IMG/VR virus record: IMGVR_UViG_3300040801_001572
Location: 1 to 64,000 of that record
Length of the DNA stretch: 64,000 bases
Direction: 5' to 3' (one strand)
DNA from: a virus
Part shown: positions 28,555 through 41,200 of the stretch, one piece after another
Layout of the letters: each line of letters opens with the position of its first letter
How positions within the stretch are numbered: the first letter of the stretch is position 1
Notes under the pieces: model-generated
Told to the model about the DNA's origin: nothing
What the model saw: the letters and a program-made list of their open reading frames with translations, nothing else
Database searches by the model: none
Made by a program: the position numbers and the translations under genes

Positions 28555-30000
28555 TTACGGGAACGGACTTACGCCAGTAAACGTTATTCCTGTTACTCTC
28601 ACAAGCTGTGCACTGTTCAGAGTATTCACTGTTACTGTCTGGAAGTTACTTGCAGAAACGCTGATGTGTACCGAACCTGTATTATCCGATGTATACGCAG
28701 GACCAATAGCATAGTTTACGCCAAATCTCATCTGCCTTACATCGAGTGTAATTGTAGAATATGCTGCACCAAGCTGTGCACTTGGGAAGAATCCTTCCAC
28801 AACAATTTGATCATAGTAAATTGTGCTACCAGCTGTTCTTAGTGGATGATCAAGTAACACAGTACCAGATGTTGCACTAGCGTTATACAGTGTTTCACTG
28901 AAATATGTGCTAGTCGAGAACTGGTTGTCTACATATTCTTTGGTTGCAAGGTCTGCAGGGTTAGCAGGTGTTACACCAGCAGTTAGTCGAATGTTTCCAT
29001 CGATGCCGAACAACACCTGACGATTGTTTGCAGGGGTAGATGAATCTAGGTTAGTCTGGAAACTGAATACTACGTTCGAGTTGGTTCCGCCTGGTGTATC
29101 GTTTGCCGGGCCCATAATAAACAAAGGATTACCGAAAGAAGTAAATCTTGCCTGTAAGTTCTCTGCTGCTGGTACAGTTTCGTTTTCCCATTCGATCCAG
29201 TTACCGTTCGTTTCAAGTACGCCACCTAGCTGAGGGGAAGTGTCGTCTACTACAGCAGCTAGGCCACCGCCTCCGCCTGTTGAGTTAATGGTTAACTCGG
29301 TTGCAGTGTTTGTGATGGTTACACCGGTGCCTGCTACCAGGCTCTTAAACTCTAATGCAACACCATTCTTCTGAGCAAATACACCTTCGCCTGCTCCTAG
29401 GTTTGCACCAGTGTTTACTTCTCCGCCACCTGCGCCAGTCGCATCAATCTGAATGCTATCTGCGTTGTTGGTTAGTGTTACACCTGAGCCAGCTACTAGC
29501 GATTTAAATTCTAAATCTACACCAGTCTTCTGTGCAAAAATAGTGCCTGTTCCAGCACCAATGTTGCTAGCAGTGTTGACTTCGCCAGCACCTGTGATTG
29601 TGGTAAACTCCAAGCCAGTTCCGCCTGCATTTACTGCAACTACTTGGCCAGCTGCTCCAGCATAGTTAGCCGGGGTATCTGTTAGTCCGACAAAGGTCGA
29701 TGACCCTCCACCGGAGCCCACAGGGGTCCACGCAAGTGTGTCACCGTCTACTATGCCTGTGTTAACAAATAGAGTTCCAGCTACGTTGTTATACCACAAC
29801 TGTCCCGGAATAGGATTAGCAGGCGGAGCACTGTTGGCAAAATTTTCCAACAGGTGCACTTGAGTTTCTGCAATGATTGCTCCGTAGTTAGGTGCGTTAC
29901 GTCCTAACAGAGCAATACTGGTGTCGGCAGTGTTTGTTGTTGCATCATTAACAACAATATCCGGTAAATTCGGATCCGACCTTGGAATATTATATGCCAT
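28555..30000 (-). CDS. tail fibre/baseplate-associated virion protein
   Basis: GRN..YG..ENFA..P.NPIPGQLWY N-domain; two GEVNT...LEFKSLVAG repeats. Confidence 0.75.
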   Translation of the reverse strand: MAYNIPRSDPNLPDIVVNDATTNTADTSIALLGRNAPNYGAIIAETQVHLLENFANSAPPANPIPGQLWYNNVAGTLFVNTGIVDGDTLAWTPVGSGGGSSTFVGLTDTPANYAGAAGQVVAVNAGGTGLEFTTITGAGEVNTASNIGAGTGTIFAQKTGVDLEFKSLVAGSGVTLTNNADSIQIDATGAGGGEVNTGANLGAGEGVFAQKNGVALEFKSLVAGTGVTITNTATELTINSTGGGGGLAAVVDDTSPQLGGVLETNGNWIEWENETVPAAENLQARFTSFGNPLFIMGPANDTPGGTNSNVVFSFQTNLDSSTPANNRQVLFGIDGNIRLTAGVTPANPADLATKEYVDNQFSTSTYFSETLYNASATSGTVLLDHPLRTAGSTIYYDQIVVEGFFPSAQLGAAYSTITLDVRQMRFGVNYAIGPAYTSDNTGSVHISVSASNFQTVTVNTLNSAQLVRVTGITFTGVSPFP

Positions 30001-30012
30001 GTTTTTATCCTA

Positions 30013-31401
30013 TTAGTACGTAAATGTATCGTAAATAATTACCTGCACAACTTGGTTATCAGGAGGAGATGTAACCAATGGGCTTGTATACTGACCAAAC
30101 AATACAGTTTGGGCGCCTGGGTTAGCGATAATGTCGTCATTTTCCACGACGCTATTGTATGCGCTAATTGTTACCCAACCATCGTCGATTGTTCTTCCTG
30201 ATGCGCCTGAGTTAAAGCCCTGGGCACCTACTGCTGCTCCGATACCGACAGTTCCTAACGTGTATGCTTGAACCGAACCTACTACACTAAATGCACGATC
30301 TGCTAGTGTTGCACCCGGTATTGTGAGTGCGTCGAGTTCAGGTAGATAAAAGTCCCACACACCTGCAGGAATTGTGGTAGAAGTTGCTAGAGCAGGGTCG
30401 TCTGATCTTACCGGTGCATTTGGTCCTACAGTGTCAACACCGTACGGGTTACCAAAGAATGAACCTGCACCTGCCATGCTAAATGAAAATGCAGTAAGTA
30501 CTCTCGGTCCTTGGAAACCTCTTGTTATTAGATCTCGTTCGTTGACTGGATCTGCAGCATCGGTGTCTCTTCTTAGGTTACCGTCGTTTTGGAAACGAAG
30601 TGATTGTGTGCCTGGGTTAAGTGCGCCTGGCGCTTCAATAAACACTTCGCCGTTTTCGTCTGCACCGAAGAATGTCTGGTTCGCTTTAGTTGCAGTATCT
30701 CCGACATCCAGTCTATCACTGAACTGCATACGTAGTGTTGCTTCGCCGCCACCTAGTGGTCCGCCGCCTGCTATGATTACAGTAGGACGGTTGGTAGTAG
30801 CGTTAACGTCGATGTCAGTTAAGAAGAAGCCCGGGCTAGTGCCCACAGTTCCTTCAATCTTTGCAGCACGTTGAATAACGACGTTTTCAGATGTATCAGT
30901 AGTAAGCAGTCGGAATGTGCTGGTGTCTAAGTTGCCGCCTAGTACAGGACTAGGGTCATCAGATACAGCATTTAATCCACCTGAGCCAGAACCTGTAACA
31001 AACTCTAGTCCAGTCTCTGCAACGTTTACACGAACAAACTGTCCGCCTTGGCCAGCATAGCTAGTAGGGGTATCAGTTAGTCCTAGGAACACAGAAGTTC
31101 CTCCGCCTGCTCCGACAGCAGTCCATGTCTGTTCGCCGTCTGTGGTTCCGGTATTTACATTTAGTTGTGAAGTTCCACTGTCATACCATAGCTGCCCTGG
31201 AATAGGGTTAGCAGGTGCAGTAGGACTTGCAAAATTTTCGAGTAATCTAACCTGAGTCTCTGCAATGTTATCTCCGTAATCAATTGCATTCCTGCCCACT
31301 AGGTCAATACTTAGTGCAGGTGTAGAGCTGCCTTCGATTAAGTTATCCTGAACAGTAACCACACCGTTGGCTGGGTTCGATCTTGGTACACTATAAGCCA
31401 T
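30013..31401 (-). CDS. tail fibre/baseplate-associated virion protein (paralog)
   Basis: same N-domain and GLTDTP..Y.G module as 28555-30000. Confidence 0.75.
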   Translation of the reverse strand: MAYSVPRSNPANGVVTVQDNLIEGSSTPALSIDLVGRNAIDYGDNIAETQVRLLENFASPTAPANPIPGQLWYDSGTSQLNVNTGTTDGEQTWTAVGAGGGTSVFLGLTDTPTSYAGQGGQFVRVNVAETGLEFVTGSGSGGLNAVSDDPSPVLGGNLDTSTFRLLTTDTSENVVIQRAAKIEGTVGTSPGFFLTDIDVNATTNRPTVIIAGGGPLGGGEATLRMQFSDRLDVGDTATKANQTFFGADENGEVFIEAPGALNPGTQSLRFQNDGNLRRDTDAADPVNERDLITRGFQGPRVLTAFSFSMAGAGSFFGNPYGVDTVGPNAPVRSDDPALATSTTIPAGVWDFYLPELDALTIPGATLADRAFSVVGSVQAYTLGTVGIGAAVGAQGFNSGASGRTIDDGWVTISAYNSVVENDDIIANPGAQTVLFGQYTSPLVTSPPDNQVVQVIIYDTFTY

Positions 31402-31407
31402 TTTGAA

Positions 31408-32079
31408 TTAATCTCCCATTTGAATTCTTAACGTGTATGTCACTTCCAGTGTTCTGTTCAATGATTTTTGAACTGGGTGGAAAATAACATGAGTAATTAG
31501 TATTTTGTCTGCTTCGGCGAGGAAGTTGTTAATTGAAGATTGATCTTCTAGCACAGATCCTCCGCCTGTTCCAATTTCGCCTGTATACAAAGCAATTTCG
31601 TTGAACACAAAGTTGCTCTGTGTATCTGAGTTAGCTTGGTCGTTAACGTTACCTGCGTTATCAATATTCTGTTGTGTTGAAGGTGTGCCTGGTTCTAGAA
31701 CCACTGTGGTCACGATATCTTCAAAGTTAGAAGTGTTGCCGCCTGGAACGTCTACATCGACATCTCCGAGTGGATTGTCGTTGTTGTCTAGTTCGTAAAT
31801 AAGAACAGTGTTGTAAAGCTGATCATTTGGATTTTTATTTACGCTAGTGTTAGTGTCTCTGTAAATAATATTACCGGCGTTGTCTACGATGACTCCGCCG
31901 TTGCCGAATGCCATGTATCTAATAAAAGAATCGTTGCGTCCGGTCAGTGCTTGAGCAATTTCAGTACTGATATTCCCGAAATGAATTGCATTGTCTTTGT
32001 CTACAATCACTTCGCCAGTGTCACGATCACGTATTGTGATATGACCTTTGATAAAGCTTTTCAATGTTTCGCCCAGCAT
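31408..32079 (-). CDS. virion structural (baseplate) protein
   Basis: GHI.I.D...NAIH...FGNGG...THVIFHPVQKS; position in tail module. Confidence 0.7.
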   Translation of the reverse strand: MLGETLKSFIKGHITIRDRDTGEVIVDKDNAIHFGNISTEIAQALTGRNDSFIRYMAFGNGGVIVDNAGNIIYRDTNTSVNKNPNDQLYNTVLIYELDNNDNPLGDVDVDVPGGNTSNFEDIVTTVVLEPGTPSTQQNIDNAGNVNDQANSDTQSNFVFNEIALYTGEIGTGGGSVLEDQSSINNFLAEADKILITHVIFHPVQKSLNRTLEVTYTLRIQMGD

Positions 32080-32080
32080 C

Positions 32081-32218
32081 TTATCCTCGTTTATTGACTA
32101 GAACAGTCCCGGTATTCGGATCTTTGATCACAATGTATGCTGATACGTCGACTTTGGCATTTTCGTCAGGCTTATCGCTAGATTGCGTCTGTTTCTGTTC
32201 GTTTTCATTATTTATCAT
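32081..32218 (-). CDS. small protein (45 aa, not in ORF track)
   Basis: ...PDENAKVDVSAYIVIKDPNTGTVLVNKRG resembles the N-terminus of the next gene. Confidence 0.6.
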   Translation of the reverse strand: MINNENEQKQTQSSDKPDENAKVDVSAYIVIKDPNTGTVLVNKRG

Positions 32219-32241
32219 AAAGAATTAACCACCCTGTTTAT

Positions 32242-35200
32242 TTACGTGATACTTCGCACAAATTCCAAAACTTCTGGATACTTGTTAGGGAAGAAGGTAT
32301 GATTTTCACCTTCGATCTCGATGTATTCAATTTGTGGGAACGTAGCTGCCATTAGCTGTGCCTGCGAAACGTCTACGATGATATCATCTGTTCCGTGCAG
32401 GATTAGATATTCAACTGTGCCCGGCAATGGGTTCAGCGTAGGTGAAACTGCTGAACTTGGGAACGCACCTTGATATGCCGCAGCAAATGCGCCGCCTAGT
32501 GTTGCAGGATCTAGCGTATCGAAATCATAAACTCCGTAGAAGCTGACTACACCGGAAACGTCTGTCGGGTCAAGCTGAGATGCTAGCGTTGCTAGATGGC
32601 CGCCTGCGCTGAAGCCCATCATTATCACAGGCTGTCCGTATGTTGCTGCCATGAAGTTTTTAGCTTCGATTATGTCTTGTACGCCCAGGTCATGCACTCC
32701 TAGTTCGTAGTTGATGTTCACTGTTGGATAGCCAAGTCGTGCATACTGTTGCATGATCTTAGAATCGAATTGAGGTCCAATCTGCTTGTCGCCAGTGAAC
32801 CAGCCTCCGCCATGCACAAACATAACAACCGGCTTGTTGATCTGATTAGGAAGCACTGCATCGTATAAATTAAACACAGTATCGGCGCCGTACAATTCGT
32901 CATACAAATATGTCAGGTTGCTTGTTGTTCCTGGGCAATCTAATAGGAAGCTTGCTTGTGCTGTACGTGCAAACAAAACTATGTCTCCGTTGGCATCTAC
33001 TTGAACTTCGCCGCTTCCTGCGACATCTGCTGAGAACCAAGGATCAGTTAGAGGTACACGATCGCCTCCGGTGTTAACAAACGTTTGATTAGTAGGCAGC
33101 GCTGCCACATCGTTTGGATCTTGAATTGCTTGTAGTTCGCTTCCGTCGTTTACTCGTGAACCCTGCGGATGACTTGCAATTCTGGTTCCGTTGGTTCCTC
33201 GGCGAATGTCGATTAGTGTATCACCGCTTATGATCCAGTATTCAATTCTTTCTGCATTAATCCAAATTACGCCTGGCTCGCCTACGTCTGGTACTGCTAG
33301 TACACTTGCGTCAGCAACGTCGATTGTTGTCGACAGTGGGGTCAAATCTTCTTCTAGTGTCGTAGAAGCAGCGTCACATGTTCTGCTGTACTCAAATGTT
33401 CCAAATGGAGTCTTGTGCAGTCTGTAGCCAATGTCAGTTGGTGCACCTGTGGTTGCATCCCACAAATCGCCGTCCCAGTTGCCTAGCAGAATAGGATCGG
33501 AGTTATCGTCAGTAAATCCGCTGTCAGTTGTATCCTGGTTGTCCCAGCCTACGCTTGCAGTTGCAATATAGTCTAGAGAAATCACAACGTCTTCTACAGG
33601 CGCAAGTAGGATCTGCTCTTCTGGAGTTTCCCCTGCAGAACCAAACGCACTAGCGTCGACAAGAAGATCAGGATCAGTTTCGCTGAACAAGAAGTCGCCA
33701 ATTGAACCGTTAAAGGTGTTTAGGTCCCATCCGTAAAGTAATTCGCCTAGTCCGTTCGAAACTTGTGTCCACACAATTCCTTGTGGAGTCACTGTAGATT
33801 CGTATCCACTCGGTACACCAGTTATTTCGTCAAAACCGAAAATAGTGATGTTGCCGTCTGACGGAACAGTGTCCCAGCCAAGCAAAAACGCTCCGCCTGA
33901 AATTGCAAGTCTGCTACAGTCTCCTGCCTGCGTATCTAGCAAGTATGACGGGCCGGTTGATGCAGCAAGGTCACCGTCGAATGCTGTAGTGTCCCATGGC
34001 TCCGAATCAAACTGCTCAGTGAAGGTAGACAGATATTCGTCGCGCTCTTCTTCGGAGCACCATACACGAGAATAATTCAGCCTAATGTTGAATAGTCTGA
34101 GGTTCTCTGTAATACTGTCATCGTCCCAATAGCAGCTTTCAGTAATTTCTTGGTCCGGGTTAATTGGATCAACAATCGGTGTATCTAGTGGCACACAAAT
34201 TCTTTCGCCAATGGCGTCGTCAAATGCAGTACCCGGTGCTAAGTCCTCTGTGGATACTAGAACTGTTGTTGCGTCACGCAGTTTGGTATGATATGGCTTC
34301 GCTTCCTCTACATATGACAAGAACTCGTCTAGTAGGTCCGGTTCGAAGTTTGGACGCTGTTCTAGTAGAACGTTATCCTGCAAGAATCTAATATAGGTAG
34401 TCTTGAATACCCAGTCCACATCTTTCTGCTCACTTAATGCATAATTAACCATCGAGAAGAAGAAGAAGTTTTCGTTAATCTCTAGCTCGCTGATGAACAC
34501 ATTGTCTCTTAGTGCAGTAAGAAGCTCACGAATTTCTCTGTACAGTGTTACATTGTTTTGATCAGTGTAAACAGTATCTAAGAAATTGATAGTTCCGTTC
34601 TGTCTGCGAACCAATGTGAAAGTTTCGTCAGATGCTGCATATTCGTAAATCTCGAATACGTCGTTTACGTCAGGTACTGTTGGGAATACTCTTACTAGCG
34701 TTCCGTCGGGTATTGTGCCTGCTAGTGCAAGCAACTCAGTTAAGTTTTCGACCTGCAGTTTTGCGGTTGTGTTTGTGGCATCGTAGCCGTCCTCGAACCA
34801 ATCTACAAACTGCCAGTATGTTCCGCCAGCAAAAGGATCAAGTGGATCATATCCTGTTAAGTCTTCGTTCCAGTTCAAGAATCTTGCATTCCACAACTGA
34901 ATATCGTTCATTATAGAATTGATTTTCTGCGCCATGACTTTACGGGCGCCATTGACGTCAACAAACAACGATTGCTGCGGCCTAATACGTATTCCGTATT
35001 TTTCGTTCTCGCTTAGTGTTGGGCTAGGCACAGGAAGAACAACCTCTGTGTCACTAACTGGCACACCTTGTGAATATTCATCTGCAGGCAGTACATCTGT
35101 GTAACCTACAAGAGAATCGATAGTTTTGTTCCAGAGATAATCCGGGATTTCTGAGAACCGGTCGCCTTCACCAATTAGTTGCCACTGGTCGTGCGCCACG

Positions 35201-38200
35201 TTTGCATCTTCACGCAGCTTGTAGTTAACCTGCAGAACAGCATTCCTGTTAGAAAGAATGTTGTCGACATTTGCAAAGGTCACGCTGTTTGTTTGCTCAG
35301 TTAACTGTATTGGGCTGAACCAGCTGTAACCAAGCGCACGAGGATTCGAAATCAGTCTTTCGATTTCTATAGTAGTTAACGTTCTGTTCGGTATGTTACT
35401 CGGCTTTTCGGTTTTGTCGGTAACCCAGAAATAATAATTTGTAGTTGTAATACGGTTAAACGTATCGAACTCGTCAATCTGCACAAAGTCAGTTGTGTTT
35501 CTTGGTGTGCCGTCTCCGTTGTATTGTGCCGGAGGAACAGGACTCTTAACCCATTCGTACACATCAGCAGAACTACCCGGGAACAATCTGCCCCAGTTGT
35601 CTCTTCTGTATAGAAGGTTGTTTGTTCTCTCAGTGAAGTCATTTCTCTGAGGGAAGATAGGTGGCTGTTCGTAATACAAGAATCTTGTATTAGTGTAGTC
35701 CCACCATATCATGCCAACTTGTGCTTCGCCGAATGTCCTAGAAGGATTAATCAGTCTCTCATCACTTGCATTAGTGTATCTAGCCGGGTCTCTTGCTGAT
35801 TTGAAATCGATGTTCTGATCTGCTGGGCCAGCTAGGATGTCCTTAAACGGATCATACACAGGCAAGCGAGAAAGTGTATCAGCAGTTCTGATATCACGTA
35901 TAAATGCGTTCTCGTACAGACTTGTATCTACTAGGACATTCTGCTGTCTGAATAGTGTGGTTCCTGTGTCAAATCCTTCGGTTCCGCTATCCCATGCAAG
36001 CGTATCCCATGCTTGGATACCGTCGCCTAGGAATTCGACTCTCCATAGTCCGTCGACATCGTCTACCCATGACAGATAGTTTCTATCAAAGTTATATTTT
36101 ACACGTTCGCTCTGTGTACGGAATCTCAAATTAAATGGCGTATACGCATTTATGAACGAAGTGTCAGTAGGTGCAAAAGTTTCGTCCCAAGACACAGGTG
36201 TTCCGTCTTGATTTTGCAAGAACCAGACACCTAAGTCACTGTCGTAGCTATAACGGTACACCTCGTTGAGGTCCGGTGTCTCAATAACAATTATTCCGCT
36301 GTCATTGAATGATCCGCTAAACTCGTGGTCAAGATATCTTCTTGGCAGCTCTTCGCTGTCGCCAATAAAGAAACTGTTGTCGATATCTAGCAGAACCATG
36401 TCTCCAGTTCCACCAGTCTCGCTATCCCAAGGATTGTTATCGAATTGGTTGTTACCGAATCCGTCTGCGCTAGATCTTATGTTTGATGCTGCTCCGGAGA
36501 ACAGAATATAAACGCCCCAATCTTCCTGTTTGTTAACTGCTACCCAAATAGTATCCTCGAATCCAAGTGGTTCGATGTCAGGCAACGAGAAAACTGCTTC
36601 AGTGTTAAATGCTGTACGGTTAACGTCATCTAGGTGCACGTAACCTGCGTTTGGTGCAGTGTAATCTAACCAATTTTTTTCTGTTGTCGGAACTGCAAAT
36701 CTTGCATCGACGCCGCGAGGACGAAGTACCCACTTGTCTGTGTCATCGATGTCGACTTCTACAATTGCATCAGTTGACAGATCTTGCACAACGTCAGGCT
36801 GGAACACACTGTATGCAAAGTCAGTCTGAGGATTTGATGTATCTACTCTCGTGTCTTCGATTACAATATCGGGTGCACCGGTGTATCCTTCGCCGGCGTT
36901 GGTTACTGTGATAGATTCTAGTCGGTTGTTGCTGTTCAGTGTTGCAGTTGCAGTTGCTTCTACAGTTGGTGTTTCACCATTAGCAGGTACTACAGTGATG
37001 CCTGGTACAGATGCATAGAAATCTTCTGCGTTATAGATCACAATGTCTCTAACAGAACCTGTGCCGCTGCGAACATAGTTCAAGCGATATGTCTGCGGGT
37101 CACTTCTTACTTCGTCGAAATTAGAAACAAACTCAATAGTAATGTTTTCATCTGTTCCGCCAAAGTCTGCGATCTTGAACGCCCACTCTTCAGTAAAGCT
37201 GATGTCATCTTTTCCGGTAATTGCATCGGAACGCAGCAGCTTGTCAACTGCATTAGCAGTACCTTTTTGGCGAATAAATCCTTGGTAGAAGTTAAACTGC
37301 ACATCGTCTGAAATTTCTAGTTCGTCTAAGAACTCTCTATTTTCTTGGCCAATAAGGTGTCTAGCACCTGCTTCGATTTCAGGATTGTCAAGCGCAGTTT
37401 CTGTGTCGTAGTAACGACGGATACTTTCTGCAAGGTTGTCAAAGTTCTGTATTAGTGTGTTGTCTTGCACAAGGAAGCCCGGCGCTTCTAGTTTACCGAA
37501 CCAGTTGTTAGTCTTGGTTCCTGTAAACTGTAGACGGTCTTGTCGCACACGAAGTAGCGGATCATACACAGTATCGTTGAACTCTGTAATGTTATCAAAC
37601 AGAACAATATGCTCTGTTTCTTTTGCACTAACTCGTAGATAGTATACACCGGTTCCGAGATCATTAGGAACAACCTGGATAAATCTATCCTGTCTGTTAA
37701 TCAGTGTATCTTGTGGATTGATGCTTACACCGCGCTTGTCGAGAATACTGTAAACACCGTTGCTTAATTTCTCAACGTTTGCTGGATAACCTGTTTCGAC
37801 TTCTAGTGTTACTGCATCTGCGCCTGGGCTCAGGAACAGCGCATTGTCTGGAGCCCACTCGTTAACAACCCAGAACAAGAACTGATCGCCTGCTAGGCGC
37901 CAGTTCAGTATTTGATTAAGATCGTTTGATCTTTCAAAGTTAAATCCTTCACTTTCTAAGAAAGCACCGTATCCGATTAGGAAATCGAATACTGCCTGTG
38001 CGTCTGGAAGGATGGTTGCATAAGGTACAATTTCTGGTTCGTCTACTCTGTCTGGGAAATAGGTAACAGTGATTCCGCCTACCTCTGGCAATGCATTTAG
38101 TCTAGTCCAGTTTGCAGACACAAACGTATCGGCAGTATGTGAAACATTTGCCTGATAGAATTGTGTGCGGTATCTTACAATATCGCCAGCTGAGTAAGTC

Positions 38201-41200
38201 TCACCGAATTCAAATTCACGGAACGCTGCTGGCGTGCCGCCTTGATTGACCTGTATTGCGCGACTGGTGTCTCTTGCCGGCAACACTTTAAATGTTTGGC
38301 ACAGTAGATCATAGCCATAAACAGTGAATGTTCCGTCTGCATTTGCGCGAACAATTACACCGCTGTATGTGTAATCTCTAATGCTAGATCCAGTGTAGAG
38401 GAATGTCTGGTAGTTATTAGTCGGTACCAATAAGTTTCCTGTTGACGACCCAGTGCTGCTGCTTGATAATCTAAAGCGCAGTGTATCCTGGTTAGTGAAC
38501 GATGCTGTTTTGTAACCCAGATTGATGTCTAGGTTGCGCACAAGATTACCGAAGTTGTCGGTAATATTCTTGCTCAAGAAAAACAGCCTGTCGGAAATAT
38601 ATTGCTGGTAACCAGTACGGTATACTACAGAGCCGCTAACGGTTTCGCCGTGAACAGTTTGTGTTTCGTTCTTAAGTCTTTCGTTTGTGAGCAGGTCAAG
38701 TAACTGGTCTCCACGGAAATCTAAATCAGCGGGTGCCCAGAAAAATTCTCCGAACTCTGCAGGACGCATTAGGTAATAAAATTCTAGTTGACTGAAATAG
38801 TATTCACTCGATTCGTACCATGCTCTTTCTACTGGCGCGCCATCACCGTATACCCACGGTCCGTCTACTCCGTCCCACTGACCAAGAGGATCTAGCCCAA
38901 AGATATCTGCAATAGGTCGTATTGCTCCTGCGCCGTCTACAGGAAGCACTGTGCTTAGTCCTGGACGTACAAATTCTTCATTAACGCCTGCGCGAGTTCC
39001 ACGACGAACTAATCCTGCTTCTAGGTCAGCCCACAGAGGATCTGTGCTAGGGTATGGTCCAGGGCCGTATCCGTTGAAGCCGTCTCCTGTATCAGGTGTA
39101 GCTTCCCACCAGTCTGGCTCTCTACTAAATCCAAGCATCTCCCACGGGGCATCAGCAGGATCACAAGTATCGTATAACCACTCGAATATTCCTTTCCAGT
39201 GTCCTGGTAAGTTTTCTCCTGTTAGCGGATCTACTTGAGTACTGTAATTCCATGTTCTCCATTCTGCAGAATTATAGAATTCGTTAATCCTGTAATCTGC
39301 TCTGTTCTCTGCGCTCCACTTTGAGAAGAAGCTTTCTGTAATCTTATAAAATTCGTCTCGGGTGTAACGATTAATATCAGTTTCGATAATCTCGTTGTTT
39401 ACTGTGTCTAACTGACGGAAATATCCAGGACGAATATCCTCGATGCGAAGCAATGTGTTCGGATCACGGTTAAATTTCGGATTAATGCCGTTGTAAATTC
39501 TTTTCTCAAGTTCGTACAGCAGTAGATCCCTAATATCGGTACTAGTCGGAATATTTTCCGCATCAAATGTGATATCACCGAATGTAGGAGTTTTAGATCC
39601 GTCGTGACCAACAAGAACAAAAATTGGTGTAACATAAGAATCGTCTAGTTCAAACCTAGGCTGAACTGCTGGCGCCATTCCTAGCTTGGCAGGAGTTGCA
39701 GGAATAAATGCCGGAGGAGAATCTTCGTAAATTCTTCCGATAATCTCGTCACCAAACGAAAGTATGTCGCTAGGCAGGAACGTAATTTCTGTGCCGAGCT
39801 CTGTGCCAGTCACAATATAATCACGGTCAACAAGCAACAGCTCTGCCTGCTCGTAGATGTCGTTGTTATCTGTATCTACAATTTTGTATAGGTACAGCAC
39901 ATTAGTCGGGTCGGACAAATCGACATCAAAGAAACTAGGATTGTTAAAGTCTACTGTGGTTTCTTCTGTACGGAAAACATCAGACCTGCCAATCATATAA
40001 CTGAAAGCAAAAGAGTCAGAAAACTCTCTAGTAGCCGACAGCACAGCTAGGATTTCTTCTAGCCACAGGTCGATGAAGATTTCATTCTCTCCTACAAGTG
40101 GACTAAATCCTGCAATGTCTCTTTGTGTTGCAATTTTCAAGAACCTGGCCTTGAAGTTTACATACTCATTTTGTGCAAAACGAATTGCCGGAATTACATC
40201 AACATCATCTGTAGAAGATGCAAACATTGTGCGCAACAGGCTGGCTTGGTTTTGTAGAATGAATGTACCCAGCGAAGGATCTTGAAGCGTATCTCTGTAT
40301 GTATTCTTGCCTAGGCTGTTTCCTGTTACACCGATTTGGTTACCAATGATTGTGGTAAAGTGCGGAGTAAGATCACTAAAGCTCTGGTCAAACACTTCTA
40401 GGTTAGTCGGGTTAGCTTCTATCTGCTGAGGTATCTCAAAATAGCCTAAGTCTTCTTCTTGCAGGCGCCCATAAGTATAAGTGAAAGCTTCAATCACATC
40501 GTTCTGTACGATGTCTTGTGCTTCTGGTTCATCGCTGTTTACACCGTTGATTAGTCTAAGAGTTGGTTCCCCGTTCACATACAAGAACTGGAAATTAGTT
40601 GTCGGTTCGCTGTTAACAAACACTTCCATGTTTGCAGCATCGTCATTAAGCGGTGCAAGGCTAAGAATATAATCAATTTGTGTGCTATCAGTTCGGAAAG
40701 CAGCATAGCGATCGATTACTCGCTGGCGACTCTCGGCTTCGGTTTGGTACCAGCCGTTATCTAGTTGCCATGTTGTCTGATCAGCTTCGTCGTCGGTTAA
40801 GCTAGTTGTTCTGTAATAGTAATAACCAGGAATAGAAACAAGGTTGTTGTCTACAACATAACTGTATCTTTCAGTCTGTAAATCGTTTTCGAATACAATG
40901 TCACTTAGCTGGCCAAGCGATTCAAATACAATTGGTAGTCCTAAAACGCCATCGATAACTGCTTCAGGATCAGTAGACAATTTGTAAGAGAATATTTCTG
41001 ATCCACCGAAGTTGCTGCCTGGGAATAGCACATCGTCATCTAGTGGGACATATGTTTCTCCACCTAGTGAGTCTAGTGCGTAAAGGTTGAACTTAGGAAA
41101 AGGTGTGTCCGCAGTTTTCTGCGATTCTGCCAGTACCCACAGTCCTGGTTCCCATGTTGCGTTGTCGCTTGGTGTGCCAACGTCAGCTGTGAAGAAGTGT

